A stretch of 61,764 bases of DNA, the filler included, from Dugesia japonica (Eukaryota): NCBI GenBank assembly GCA_001938525.1. It is 6 parts of 6 records of this genome, joined end to end, with 100 filler letters (N's around TTAATTAATTAA, not from the genome) between each part and the next. Parts side by side here need not be neighbours in the genome. Positions count along the whole stretch, not along the records: positions 32,167 to 40,964 come from MQRL01625167.1; positions 41,065 to 53,113 come from MQRL01610941.1; positions 53,214 to 61,764 come from MQRL01634852.1; 3 more parts are not named here. One strand, 5' to 3'. Both the position numbers and the translations under genes were made by a program. The first letter of the stretch is position 1; every line of letters starts with the position of its first letter. The notes beneath the pieces are model-generated. The model did not search any database and had not been told where the DNA came from. It saw only the letters and a list, made by a program, of their open reading frames with translations. This document shows, one piece after another, positions 37,753-53,472 of this stretch.

Positions 37753-38100
37753 CAGTGTTTCCCAAAGTGAGTAATACCGCCCCCTGGGTGACGCTGGGAT
37801 ATTAGCCTAGGGACAGTTTAGGGTGCCGAATACAAATAAGGAAGCGATCAAAGTATAAATAAGTAGAGAAGATTTAAAACAAATTAGTACATATTTTATT
37901 TTTTTAAATATAATTTTGTAGATTAGAAGTTTATAATTTCATTTATAATGTAAGGATATAAAGAATAACCGCTAAAAACTATATTTTAAGACGTAGGTAC
38001 AAATATAGATGTGTATATCCTTTTTTTCATTTAAAAAAGGGGGTGAAGAGTAATCTTTTTAAAAAGGGGGCGGTAGGCCAAATAAGTTTGGGAACCATTG
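37753..38100. mobile_element. hAT (Charlie/Buster-type) MITE
   Basis: TIRs CAGTGTTTCCCAAA / TTTGGGAACCATTG; 8-bp TSD ATTTAATT/ATTTAATG. Confidence 0.85.
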
Positions 38101-38689
38101 ATTTAATGTACGAAAAATTTATGATTTAAAGTTTTTGTTATTATTTATAGGCATAATAAAGAAATGAAATATGTATTTAAAACAGAAATTAGTCATTTCA
38201 TTTTTAAAGTTTACAATTCTGAAAGTAAACAGATTTTCTAAAAATATACGAAAGTTTTTTTTAAAGTCTCTTGAAAAATGAATCCACAAAAATAACAATC
38301 AATATTTAAGTCTACATTTTCAACATAACAAAAATTCTAATTATTAATCTTTTTGGAATTTCAATTTAAAATCCATTCATTTTAACTTTTATTTAAACAG
38401 TCATTTGTACTTTAGATAAAAATGTTTTAATAATTACTTTAAGTTAAATTCATTTTAAAATATTTACTTGAACTAAATAATAATAAACTTTTAATTTTCA
38501 TAATAATTTTTAACAAAACTGCTTAATAATTTTTATACTGTTAGCATTAGTTATTTTCAAATATTGAAATTTTAATTCAAATAACAAAAATTCGAAAAGT
38601 CCTAGCATCTATCTATTTATCTATTTCTCTATATATCTATCAATCAATCTATCTATTAGTCTATCCGTCAATCAATCTTTCTATTAATC

Positions 38690-40795
<2,106 letters not shown>

Positions 40796-40964
40796 TATTA
40801 GTCTATCTATCTATTTACAGGGTACGGCACTAGAATCTAGACAAAATATTTTATTTGACAAAGTGGTTTAATTACGCTAATATACACTAAAATAGATAGA
40901 ATTATGTAATTATAATTTAAAAAATTAAATAGCAAGGCATGGTAATAAAATAGTGATACATAAT

Positions 40965-41064
40965 NNNNNNNNNNNNNNNNNNNNNNNNNNNNNNNNNNNN
41001 NNNNNNNNTTAATTAATTAANNNNNNNNNNNNNNNNNNNNNNNNNNNNNNNNNNNNNNNNNNNN
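40965..41064. other. Artificial contig linker
   Basis: N44-TTAATTAATTAA-N44. Confidence 0.95.
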
Positions 41065-42444
41065 AATCAAGAACAATAGATACCAAAATGATATGAAAAT
41101 TGTCAAATAATAAAATCGAAATAGATAAACAATAATGAAAGAAAAGGAAAAATATTAAATTTGTCATTCACCATTCGAGAAAAAAATATCTGAATCCTTC
41201 ATTAAAAGATTATCGTCTTCATCGTTTTTTTGAGAAGATAGTTTTCTGTACATGTTTCCTTCATCAAGGTTATTTGACTGCTCTTTTAATACCTGAAATT
41301 AAATAAATTACGTCTAGTTACTTCTGTATACAGAATTCAGTTCAATTTTATTACATAGGATTAGGTTGTAACAAAAATATGGCCGTTTTAATACAATGAA
41401 GAATAAACAATCTTAAATTAGTATTAATAATTACAATTATGCGTGATTTGATACTGAAACCTGCACATATGCCATTAGATGCTCTGTGTTGCTACTGTAG
41501 TGACTTGACAAGTTGTCAAAAATAATTCGAAGCTCCAAATATTTGCAGATTATTTGAAGTCATAAAAACTGAATTGGAAGACCAGTGAAATTCTTAATCG
41601 ATATTCTAAGAGGTTTTGCTAAAGCTAACCTACTTCAAAGAAATGGAGAAATTATTGAAAAGCACAAATTTTCTCAAATGAGTATTCACAGGCTTTTCGG
41701 TAGTTTGATAAAGTAAGTAGAAATGATTTATCTATAAACTTTTCATTGACAACTCACCGTTACTTGTAACAGTGAGCTTCTTTCTAGGAACCTAACATTC
41801 CTATGGTACGTTTTGAAATACTCTATTTAAATATTCAAAGAATAATAATGGTTTGAAAGTGAATAAGCTCCCAAAGGTACATATAAAGGTGATTTACATC
41901 TTTAAAAGGTGATACAATACGTTTGGTGGGTATATAAAAGAGATGATATATTTTAAGTTGTTGGATCATAATAATACAGTCAATTGTCTGTTTTAATGCT
42001 TTTACGACAACCAAGATGCCAAATCCTACCACCTTTCTTTATGAAAATACAAACCGTTTATAGTGAAGATGACCACGGAGATTTTGCCACATACACCATA
42101 CTCACAGTGAGATATTTAAAGCGTTTAAACATTTTATTATTTTGGTCATTTATTAAAAATACCCCGGGGTTTTTTTAATACCTGCTTTTATTTTGAAATA
42201 TTATTTTAAAAAACCGGGTTTTTGGTATCGCCAACACATTCTTAATACCAGCAAAAAATTATTTAAAAATAGTACCGTACAACATTACTATTATTGGTGA
42301 AATTTATCTACTCGGAACATTTACTTTAACTATTATTTTAAATTAAGTCTAATAATAAAATTCTTTTAAAATTTAAAATTTCATCGAGGAAGGTGATCTT
42401 TTCAGTGATTAACTTCATGACTTTTACGCTAATAAAAATATTAA

Positions 42445-42992
42445 TTGATCATGATATTGATCCTAATATTGATCCTGATATTGATCATGATATAGATCCT
42501 AATATTGATCATGATATTGATCATGATATNNNNNNNNNNNNNNNNNNNNNNNNNNNNNNNNNNNNNNNNNNNNNNNNNNNNNNNNNNNNNNNNNNNNNNN
42601 NNNNNNNNNNNNNNNNNNNNNNNNNNNNNNNNNNNNNNNNNNNNNNNNNNNNNNNNNNNNNNNNNNNNNNNNNNNNNNNNNNNNNNNNNNNNNNNNNNNN
42701 NNNNNNNNNNNNNNNNNNNNNNNNNNNTGATATTGATCATGATATAGATCCTAATATTGATCATGATATTGATCATGATATTGATCCCGATATTGATCTT
42801 GATATTGATCTTGATATTGATCATGATATTGATCATGATATAGATCCTAATATTGATCATGATATTGATCATGATATTGATCCTAATATTGATCCCGATA
42901 TTGATCATGATATTGAGCCTGATATTGATACTGATTTTAATCCTGATATTGATCATGATATTGATCCCCATATTGATCCTGACATTGATCGT
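42445..42992. repeat. 12-bp minisatellite GATATTGATC(A/C)T
   Basis: Tandem units with variants GATATTGATCAT, GATATAGATCCT, AATATTGATCAT. Confidence 0.95.
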
Positions 42993-43524
42993 AAATGACA
43001 ATTTACCAATTTTATCAGTCTTAAAATTGTGAATATTATGATAATTCATAAATAATTCTATTTAATTTGACAATTTTTTAACCGATTTGAGAGTAGCATC
43101 TTTATTTTATTAAATTTTTTATTTTTAATTCTAATTTTTTTTCGATACGATTTATAAATAATTTTCAAGATATGCAAAAACGAACGTTGTTGAACATATT
43201 TAAACTGCTTCATTNNNNNNNNNNNNNNNNNNNNNNNNNNNNNNNNNNNNNNNNNNNNNNNNNNNNNNNNNNNNNNNNNNNNNNNNNNNNNNNNNNNNNN
43301 NNNNNNNNNNNNNNNNNNNNNNNNNNNNNNNNNNNNNNNNNNNNNNNNNNAATTTTAAAAACGTTAGAAAATTACAATAACAATGACGAGGAAATACAAA
43401 CACATATCAAACAATATCATACAACAAAGTATTCACATTAATCCATCAACCAACAATCAAACAACCAAAAACAAAATATCCAACTTTTATCATTGTGATC
43501 AATTATAATGCATTTAACAATTTA

Positions 43525-43800
43525 ATGAGACTGAAATCTATAGAAAGAAAAGTGATACTGGCTTGTATGTTACCCCAAATAGTTTTTGTGATGCTACTTA
43601 TATAAGAAACATGATAAAGGATTTAGTATCTCGTACTTGGTCGCTGTCCTCAACTTATTTAAAATCCATGAAAATTATTGAATATTTATTAAAGTTACTT
43701 CAAGCAAATGGATATAATAAACAATTTTTAAATTCATTGACTTCGCAGACAGTTGACAAAATATTGGTTGGTAATAATATTGATTTCGATAAAAAATACT
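43525..43800 (+). mobile_element. Penelope-like RT thumb region
   Basis: TEIYRKKSDTGLY...S....YIRNMIKDLVSR...LSS...LL.LLQANGY..F. Confidence 0.8.
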
Positions 43801-43805
43801 GAAAC

Positions 43806-45600
43806 TGTGTTGAATGATCCGGAACCTGATGCGATGCATCAATGACTCAAATATTTTCTGTTACATCTGTCGGTAGTATGTCTTCAAAGATTACAGGATG
43901 AGCATTACACTAGCATAGATATAGAACATATTTCAAAATGAAATTAGGTTACCAGGATAAGCCTTTTGCTCCTCATATTGTATGCAGAGAATGTTCTTAA
44001 AATTTGTCTATGTTTTCAGCAAGTAAGATAATTAACTTACTGTTTAGTACACCGATGGCTTGGAGGGAGCAAAAAAATCATTATGACGATTCCTATTTTT
44101 ACTAAACCAGGGTGTCCGGTTTTAACAAGTGGTCAGCAAAGCATATAAATATCCAGATTTGCTATTAACAATAAAACAGACACCATATAATAAGAATGAT
44201 GGTACAATGGTTCTTTACGAAAACAGTGATAAATCTGACGTAACTAGTGATTCTTTAAGATATTATGATAACAACGAAGAATGAAAAAATGATAATTTCA
44301 ATCAAATCAGGCAACATCAATTGGATGCCTTAGTTCATGGACTACGGTTATCAAAGAAAGATGCTATTAAAGCTGGTTCAATGCTAAAGGGTTTCGGTGT
44401 TCTTGTCCTTGAAACCAGATTGTACTGGTATAAAGGAAGAGATAAGCGGTATGTTGAGTTTTTTCAAAAAAGTGAACTGTGTGGATTTGTGTGCTGTTGC
44501 GATATTGCCGGTTTGCTAAATAAACTTAACATAATATCTCATGTCATCACGAACTGGTAACTATTTATTTATGGCAGCGCCACTAGTGTAAAGGCTGTTC
44601 TCTTACACAAGGATAACGAATTTAATGCCATTCCGATTACGTATTCCTTGGAGGCAGAGAAAACATTTGACATCATTAAATATCTTATGAATATTTTACG
44701 ATGACTTTTGATAGAATACTGGCAAAGATCTAAAGTTAATTGGCATATTNNNNNNNNNNNNNNNNNGTTACACCAAATACTGCTGCTTCCTTTGCTTATG
44801 TATAGTAGGATACGTGATCAGCACTATATAATTAATGAATGGCCGAGTTGTGTGAACCGCTTACCTGGGCAAATCAATATCAAACATGAATCCCTTATTG
44901 ACGTATAGAACATCTTATTGTCTGCTCTTCATATAAAGCTAGGCCTTTTCAAGAACTTCATCAAAGTTTTAAAACCTGAAAGCCAACTAATGCTAACAAT
45001 AAAAGAATATTTCCCAAAGTTGTCATCGGCAAAAATTAAAGAAGGAATTTTGGTGGGCAAGCAATGTTAGATACGGTCAACGACATTTTGGGTTTGTATT
45101 CATGTTACCATATCTAAATAAAGTTATATTTATTTTACCAGGTAAAAAAGTTCCCTGGAATACCAGAATACTGTTGCTGAATTAATGGATGCATTCAAAA
45201 AAATTGGTGCTAACATGTCGCTAAAAATAGACTTCTTGAAGGGCCACCGGAGATTTTTCCTAAGGATTTGGGGAATATTAGTGACGAACATGGTGAAAGA
45301 TTTTACCAGACGGTAAGTACCATAGAAAAGCGATAGCAGGACCGTGCTGATGAGCGTATGATGGCGGATTTTTGCCGGCTGCTCAAAATTTGATAGTACT
45401 TCAAATAAAAAATAATGACTTAGTTTTGGTATCGTAGTTACGTGTCGGCTTAAATGTATAGGTGCTGCATAGGTGCTTTTTATGTAAATTTCCTGTTTTA
45501 TAAAAAGTGAATTTTCTCCAATTCAGAAGATAAGACGTGAATCAGAAAAACCAAGATTATATTTGATATCAGCTCAAACAAAATATATATATATATATAT
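43806..45600 (+). mobile_element. CMC-superfamily (probably Chapaev3-like) DNA transposon, degenerate transposase
   Basis: FCYIC, KLGYQDKPFAPHIVC..C, PMAWREQKNH.DD.YF, KAVLLH, LHIKLGL.K.FIK, SDEHGERF.Q, MMADFC; family name from recall, not a search. Confidence 0.75.
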
Positions 45601-46006
45601 ATATATGGTAGAAAATTTTATCTCGGAAAAACTTTAAAGTTAAAAAATTATTTCATCTTCCAACTATAGTTTTTGGAAACTATAGTTTTTTTTAGTTTCA
45701 TCTTCCAACTTTCCATGACAAAAATAATATTCCTATCGATGATGTTTTCTTTTTTTCTTTTGAGCGTAGCTAAATTTGTTAATGAAAATCTTAAATTTCT
45801 AAAAAATAGTTAAGTAACCTCCAAGGGTACTGTCCACCCAGACTATTTGAAAATGTATTAACAATCACAAGAACAAAAAATGCGGGTTTATTTAGAAACA
45901 AATTTATATTTTAATTAATTGATAAATAGATAAATAATCAATTACAAGTTATTAATTAATAATTTAATTAATTAATTAATGATAATATGAATTAATTACA
46001 GTTAAA

Positions 46007-46495
46007 TTAATTCTTAGCGTGACAAAAAACATGAAAATTTACCTCATCAAAATAAATTGCGTTGAAAAGTCCGTCTTCATTGTCGTAGATATTCTCAATG
46101 GATGCTGTGTAAGGAAGCGTTTGTTCCATTATTCTGTTTTGACATTCCATAATTTTCTGTATTTTCAATTCTTGTCTCTCTGTGTCAATGTTGCTCAATT
46201 TCTGGGATAATATTGCGATTTCTGACAAAAATTCCATTTCTTTAATTCTTGAATTCAATGAAAACTCTTTTGCCTAGAAAAAGAGAAAACATTTTTCATA
46301 CAAAATTTCATTAAGAATTCTTTTACCTCTGCGTCTTTACATTGACACCGCCTTTCTAATTCCTGAATTTGAGACAACAACGCTCGTTCTCTATATAAAT
46401 AATTATTATTTTCAATCTGAAGACCTGAAACTTCTTTCTCTAAAGTTTCTATTCTCGATTCCAATCTGGATCGATGTTTCTCTGATTCAATTAGC
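46007..46495 (-). pseudogene. Orphan coiled-coil ORF (one frameshift)
   Basis: ttttacag acceptor then LIESEKHRSRLESRIETLEKEVSGLQIEN...; ORFs 46255-46464 and 46007-46258 abut as a frameshift pair. Confidence 0.5.
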
Positions 46496-47089
46496 TGTAA
46501 AATATTAAAATTAATTAATAAAAATTTATTAATTTAAAATAAATTTGTATAAAAAATGTAGGGAATTTCTTAGATAGATACCGACAACATTTTGTTAAAC
46601 ACAACACAAGGAGACAAGTCTTTCGATAAAGATTTCACTAATGCATTTTTATACAACTAATGATTAAAATAAAGTTGGGCAGCTTGCAGCCTTAGTTGGC
46701 CTAAATTACGACCGAGTTCATATGTTCTCCCAATTGAATACATCAATTCTACAACCATAAATAAGGAAATGAGTATAATATGCCACCCAAATGATCAGAC
46801 ATTGCTTTTATGTATCGCTTGCATTCTCTGATAATAATTATATTGTGTAGCGCATCAAATTGTGTTTGATTTAATCAGTTCTTGAAGGCAGTAATTTCAG
46901 GTGGAGTTTTGCGATACTCTGGAAAAAATCTGTCAAGAATCTACCACCAAATGATAAATGCTAATCATCATAATTGATAAATGCTTTTCTACGGGACAGA
47001 GGAAAGTCGGAATGGACACAAATATTTCCATAGATCGAATGCTCATTGAATGCAACCAACAACTGGAAGTCCAACAGAGATAGAAGAAC

Positions 47090-47270
47090 AACTAATGAGA
47101 CATTTCAATGTGGGAAATACGTGTTAGTAAAAGAGGAAATGCGACAGAAAAGTTAAGGGAGATATGAAGGAATATACGGAGTGATGAAAAAAGTTAATAC
47201 AGACGACATATCTTAGGAAATTAAAATGAGAAAGATACCGAAAGAAATTTGATAAAAATTGTAAAATTAC
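47090..47270 (+). mobile_element. Gypsy integrase C-terminal (GPY/F) fragment
   Basis: FQCGKYVLVKEE....GRYEGIYGVMKKV. Confidence 0.5.
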
Positions 47271-47519
47271 TCAACAAAGGAATTTCATTTATAATTTTTT
47301 TTACTTTTAATAATTAATTAAATTTTGAAGGATTAATTATTATTTTACAAATTAATTTTAAATAATTTTTCGTATTAATTGTTGACATTAATTTCAATTA
47401 AAAGATAACGAAGATTTATTTTTTTTTGAATAATTACTATTTGTTATTCTTTCAGATTTAAATAAATATTTATGAATCAAGTTATCAAGCCAAGTGTCAA
47501 CGAGAGTTTCCGCTAACAT

Positions 47520-48703
47520 ATAATTGATTATCTAATAATTATTGAATATTATTGATTATCGAATAATTATCGAAAATTATTGATTATTTATTAATTATTG
47601 AATATTATTGATTATTTAATAATTATTTAATATTATTGATTATTTAATAATTATTGAATATTATTAATTATTTAATAATTATTGAATATTATTGATTATT
47701 TAATAATTATTGAATATTGTTGATTATCTAATAACTTTTGAATATTATTGTTTATCTAATAATTATTGAATATTATTGATTATCTAATAATTATTGAATA
47801 TTATTGATTATCGAATAATTATTGAATTTAATAATTATTGAATATTATTGATTATTTAATAATTATTGAATATTATTGATTATTTAATAATTATTGAATA
47901 TNNNNNNNNNNNNNNNNNNNNNNNNNNNNNNNNNNNNNNNNNNNNNNNNNNNNNNNNNNNNNNNNNNNNNNNNNNNNNNNNNNNNNNNNNNNNNNNNNNN
48001 NNNNNNNNNNNNNNNNNNNNNNNNNNNNNNNNNNNNNNNNNNNNNNNNNNNNNNNNNNAATAATTATTGAATATTATTGATTATTTAATAATTATTGAAT
48101 ATTATTGATTATCNAATAATTATTGAATATTATTGATTATNTAATAATTATTGATTATCTTATAATTATTGAATCTAATAATTATTGAATCTAATAATTN
48201 NNNNNNNNNNNNNNNNNNNNNNNNNNNNNNNNNNNNNNNNNNNNNNNNNNNNNNNNNNNNNNNNNNNNNNNNNNNNNNNNNNNNNNNNNNNNNNNNNNNN
48301 NNNNNNNNNNNNNNNNNNNNNNNNNNNNNNNNNNNNNNNNNNNNNNNNNNNNNNNNNNNNNNNNNNNNNNNNNNNNNNNNNNNNNNNNNNNNNNNNNNNN
48401 NNNNNNNNNNNNNNNNNNNNNNNNNNNNNNNNNNNNNNNNNATAATTATTGAATCTAATAATTATTGAATCTAATAATTATTGAATATTATTGATTATTT
48501 AATAATTATTGAATATTATTGATTATCTTATAATTATTGAATATTATTGATTATCTTATAATTATTGATTATCTTATAATTATTGAATTTTATTGATTAT
48601 CTTATAATTATTGAATATTATTGATTATCTTATAATTATTGAATATCTTATAATTATTGAATATTATTGATTATCTAATAATTATTGAATTTAATAATTA
48701 TTG
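47520..48703. repeat. AT-rich satellite, 28-bp unit AATAATTATTGAATATTATTGATTATTT with 16-bp variants
   Basis: Direct reading, two internal gaps. Confidence 0.95.
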
Positions 48704-49254
48704 TTCTCGTGAAATTTTATGTTTTTGTTGAAAGTGTTTGAAGATTTCAAACAAAAAACAAACATAAAATTTCACCAGAACAACATAATCACTTAACATG
48801 GAACACGCTAGGAACAAGCTACATTTTCACACTTCCCAGGAAAAAACATTAAGAATTACTAATTAAAGAAGATAATCCTAACATCAATGTAATAATGAAA
48901 TAATTAAAATTATAAAAAATAACTAATATAAATCTTGTAAAAATAAATTAATTCAAATAAAATTACTATTGTAAAAATAAATCTAGAATAAATCAAAAAA
49001 TCAATAGAATTATTATCAAAAACTTAAATTTCTTTTGATATAAGCTTTTATTTGAAAAATTCTGAAAAACGATCAATTATTCTATCTGATAATTATTGAT
49101 AATAATTTAATGAATATTGATCTTAATATAAAAGAATTATTACTGAATGTCTGGTAATTTTATAAATAGTAATTAATTGATCATTTCATAAAATATTGTT
49201 GTTAAATTGATTCTTTTGAGCATTTTTTGTATTGATAATTGTAAATGTTGGTTA

Positions 49255-49971
49255 CTTATTAATAATAGTGAAAACTCGTGTTTCTACCTTGTAAAGAAAG
49301 ATTTGTAATTATTTCCATTAAAATTGAAAAGCCGATTAATTTCAACACTAAAATGATCAATAATAAATAATTATTACTTGCCTGAGCCTCGGTGTCTTGG
49401 AGAGCCATCAAAATGGTTGAATCATGCATATATTGATCCAATGTAGATGAAGACTCTGACGGATTGCTAATAAACATAGAAACTGGTCGCTTTTCTGGTG
49501 TACTTTCTGCTTTCTTACTTCGTACTAGAGATCGTCGAAGAAATTGTGGAATACCCAATTTTGATATGTTTGAAATAAATTTCTAGTAATTAGTTATTTT
49601 GACAACGCAAAATTTATGTAATCAACCACCTGCGTTTTCTGATTGAAGCTGTGCTTGCGAGACAATCCATTCTCGTCATATAAAGAACATTCATCGATTT
49701 CTTCAAAGTTATGATTTGTATTAACATTCATTTCTGAGCGCGACTGAATCAATAATAAACGAACAAGTTGATGATAAATTGAAAAATTTGTAGATCAATA
49801 AATTGATAATATTGGTAGAAATCAATATCAACAAATTATAACAAATAATACTCTTATCAAATAAAAATCAATTTTTATCGATCAGCAATTACTAGTGACT
49901 CTCACTGTAATTTTTAATGATACAATCTGTTCGTGTGCATTAGCGTGAGATTGTTCTACACAAATATGCAT
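49255..49971 (-). CDS. Putative orphan 4-exon host gene (~137 aa)
   Basis: Exons 49971-49906, 49743-49630, 49582-49382, 49287-49255 join in phase 0 without stops; third intron GC-AG (CAG|GCAAGT). Confidence 0.5.
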
Positions 49972-51387
49972 GCATCCGGCAGTAGCAAGGTAATAAATAA
50001 TAATACTCGATCACACTATTGTTGATGTTGGTTGATGTTCAGCATTTACACAAGCTTTGTTTTGAAAGATGATTTATAAATAGATAAATATCGATTTTGT
50101 GTTTATAAATGAAATATTAATTTATTTATCAACAGTATTGCAGCTTTAAATTATTTTATAGGAAAACAGGTCAAATTATTTATTTGTTTCATAATAATAC
50201 AATAAATAATTAGCTGATTGGTAGATTATAATTTTTAGGGAAGAAACTTCTAATAATGATGATATGAAAAATATTATGGAAAATCGTTTTTTGGAAAAAT
50301 TGAAATCTTGCCACCCAATTCAAGCAATTAATTTACTAGATACTTTTGATTTTAGATTAAGTTAATTTATTATCAATTATTACNNNNNNNNNNNNNNNNN
50401 NNNNNNNNNNNNNNNNNNNNNNNNNNNNNNNNNNNNNNNNNNNNNNNNNNNNNNNNNNNNNNNNNNNNNNNNNNNNNNNNNNNNNNNNNNNNNNNNNNNN
50501 NNNNNNNNNNNNNNNNNNNNNNNNNNNNNNNNNNNNNNNNNNNNNNNNNNNNNNNNNNNNNNNNNNNNNNNNNNNNNNNNNNNNNNNNNNNNNNNNNNNN
50601 NNAAGTAATAAATTTACCATTATTGCTAATGTCTTCAGCTTCATTATCGAATGACCGTCAAAATGAAACTATAAATGATAATCCAAAGTAGACTGAGATT
50701 GATTGTTTATGTAATAATGAGTGAATTGCAGTGAAATGTAATTGGTGTGTTGCAGACATTTTCTCTGTTAAATTCATCCATATTGTTGAGAAAACGAAAT
50801 TATATATTAAATTCTAACTGCTGTTGTTATGACAACGAATATTGCAGACAAGTTTCATAGGTAATGTATGCCGATGGGTAATATTTGATAGAACTGGTTC
50901 AGTAAAACAGGCAAATAGAAACAAATCATTTAAAATTTCATGAAAACAAATAAATTTTATGAAAGTTTTACAGAAAATAAGAGGATACACCCTCGATATT
51001 TGTAAAACATTGAAATATTAACATTTTCTTGCTAATTTATCAACAGTAATTTGATAAATTTGATTAACTGAATCAATTATTTGTTTTTCATCAGACAAAC
51101 ACAATTGATTTCTAATTGGAATATTGGTTGATTCTACCGTTTTGATTGAGCATTTCATGGAAATGTTATCAATAATTATTTATCGATTATTGATTAATTG
51201 TAATAACTATTTGTAGATTCTGTTGTAAAGAAAACGAATGGGGAAAAGACGGAACAATCATATAAGAAACATTCGCATAAGACACAACTTGTAAGTAAGT
51301 AACAAAAAAACTAGCAAAAAGAAGCGGAAAGAAACTGGGAATGATGAATGGATAATGGACTGGTATCGATGTGTTATTGAAATAAAA

Positions 51388-51650
51388 ATGAAACTAGAAA
51401 GAAGTATTCAATTTTTTACAGCATTGATTAAATCATCAAAATCTTCGAGAAAGAAAATTTTGCAATCATTTCCACCATATGCTAACGATGATTTTCTTGA
51501 GATTATTATTAATATTGTTCATGATAACGCAGTTTTGAACGAAGCCAAAACAAAAGCATAGAAAAAACAGAAAAGAACATTATTTCCGCTTTTAAATACT
51601 ATAAATAGGAAATTGATGAGACAAGTAATGGATAATCAAAGAGAAGGCTT
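51388..51650 (+). pseudogene. Polinton small conserved basic protein upstream of capsid gene
   Basis: ALIKSSKSSRKKILQ...DDFLEIIINIV..N..L......KK.KR.L...L resembles a recurrent Maverick ORF; position before MCP. Confidence 0.6.
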
Positions 51651-51699
51651 AATTTACTTCAAATAATCAATGGGTGGATTAAGATCATTACCTAAATTT

Positions 51700-52740
51700 G
51701 ACCTGAAATTTGCATATGATTGTTATAATGGGGATCTGAAACAGAATATTTGGATTTGAACGATACTTTATTGTATATTCGAGAAAAGATAGTTGATAAG
51801 CAGGGTAATGCATTGGCTGACACTCCTGATGCAGTTTTTAGTAACTATATGCTGCATACTCTTTTAAAGATGTAATTCTTTAGTTTAATAATTTCAAAAT
51901 TGAAGCATTGATTGAAACTGTAATGGCGATAGTAAAACTATTTGTCTATCACCAATGGGCTATAGATCAGAAGCAGATAGAAAAAAGTCTATTAAAATAT
52001 CTAAACAATACTGTATCTATTCTGTTCATTACAACTCAATTTCATGGATCAACCGAAATATCTTATTTCAGGTATAAATGTTCACTTTTGATTGGAAAGA
52101 GCATCTCATAAATTGTGTTTCAAATCTGTAGCCAACGAACTTATTTATGTATTACTAGATGTAAAATTTATGGTTAGACGTATACTAGTTAAACTCTAAG
52201 TATTAGCTTCTCATCAATTGGGACTAAAAAGGCAAAATTCTATTTATCAAATAAGAGCCAAAGTAATTGTTGCATTTGCAATCAACTAAGATATTTTGTC
52301 ATTTTATAAGGAACAAATTTTTGAGATTGACGTTTACCTAATTTTATTCTAGTAGAATTTCAAAATGGTGATCAACATAATGGTAGTTATGAAAGCTCTA
52401 ATTCAACCTTTTAGCATCTTAATGTTCTTCATGTTTTCCTCACAAAAAACACTGATTATCGAGGAATTTATACCCAAAATTTTGAAAACGATAATTATAC
52501 CGCAACATATATGCAATCTATAATACGAAGTATAGGATATTTGGATAAGAATATAAATTGTGGAATAACATGTGATAATTTTGAGAACAATTATCCCTTC
52601 TATACATTTGTTTTTACTCCAGACTTTGAAATTAATCACAGTAAATTACCTCAACAAGGAAATTTGATATTGGATATCAAGTTTGCTAAATTTCTAACAT
52701 TCCCAGCATATGTTATAATTTGAAAAGAAAATTCAGATTA
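51700..52740 (+). pseudogene. Polinton/Maverick major capsid protein remnant, second copy
   Basis: YMLHTL, QLNFMDQPKYL, VRR.LV...LASHQLGL, RLPNFILV, NCGITCDNFENNYPFYTFVFTPD, GNLILDIKFAK. Confidence 0.88.
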
Positions 52741-52835
52741 AAGATAACAGTATTAGTGCAAACAATATGTTGTATAATTGGTACATATTATGAAGTAAGT
52801 ACTATAATTATATTAATTATTTTTATTTTCATAGT

Positions 52836-53090
52836 TCTATTCAGATTGATCTGATTGCATCAAAGTGGTTTAGATCACCGTGGCTAGGTGTCAATGCGTT
52901 AGATAAACTTCCAAGTGATATTCCAGTAAATAAAGCCTAGATTGTCAATACTCATCTATCGAATTTAGGCGGATAACATTTGATAGCTGTTTACAATAAA
53001 CCTGCTCAAATACTGGTATTTGATCCATTTGCATTTCATTATCAATCAATTTTGGTGTCACATTTATCACAATTATCAAAACCTTGAATG
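52836..53090 (+). pseudogene. Polinton adenain-like cysteine protease remnant
   Basis: WLGVNALDKLP...IVNTHLSNLGG*HLIAVY...VFDPF (cf. GVF..D.LP, IVNTD....GEHWVA, FDSFG); follows MCP. Confidence 0.82.
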
Positions 53091-53113
53091 AAAATACTGT
53101 TAATTCAAAACAG

Positions 53114-53213
53114 NNNNNNNNNNNNNNNNNNNNNNNNNNNNNNNNNNNNNNNNNNNNTTAATTAATTAANNNNNNNNNNNNNNNNNNNNNNNNNNNNNNN
53201 NNNNNNNNNNNNN
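53114..53213. other. Artificial contig linker
   Basis: N44-TTAATTAATTAA-N44. Confidence 0.95.
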
Positions 53214-53339
53214 TTTTGCATGGTGGCATCTTATTACACGGTTAATATGCAAACCATATACTCATAAACCCTATACAATCATGAAAAATATTTTGTTCTC
53301 AGAAATATTCTCAACCAATATGTTTTCTAATAAAACTTT

Positions 53340-53472
53340 CAACACTAATGATACTTTTTATTAAAAATTGCAACACTAATGAGACTTTTTATTAAAAATT
53401 GCAACACTAATGAGACTTTTTATTAAAAATTGCAACACTAATGATACTTTTTATTAAAAATGGCAACACTAA
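53340..53472. repeat. 31-bp minisatellite CAACACTAATGA(T/G)ACTTTTTATTAAAAATTG, ~4.3 copies
   Basis: Direct reading. Confidence 0.92.

Noticed and set aside
41350-42240. Possible hAT remnant ending ...GGTATCGCCAACAC
   Set aside because: Terminus is suggestive but no convincing transposase motif or partner TIR
53340-53472. 31-bp direct repeats as a CRISPR array
   Set aside because: Units are head-to-tail with no unique spacers, no cas genes, eukaryotic context
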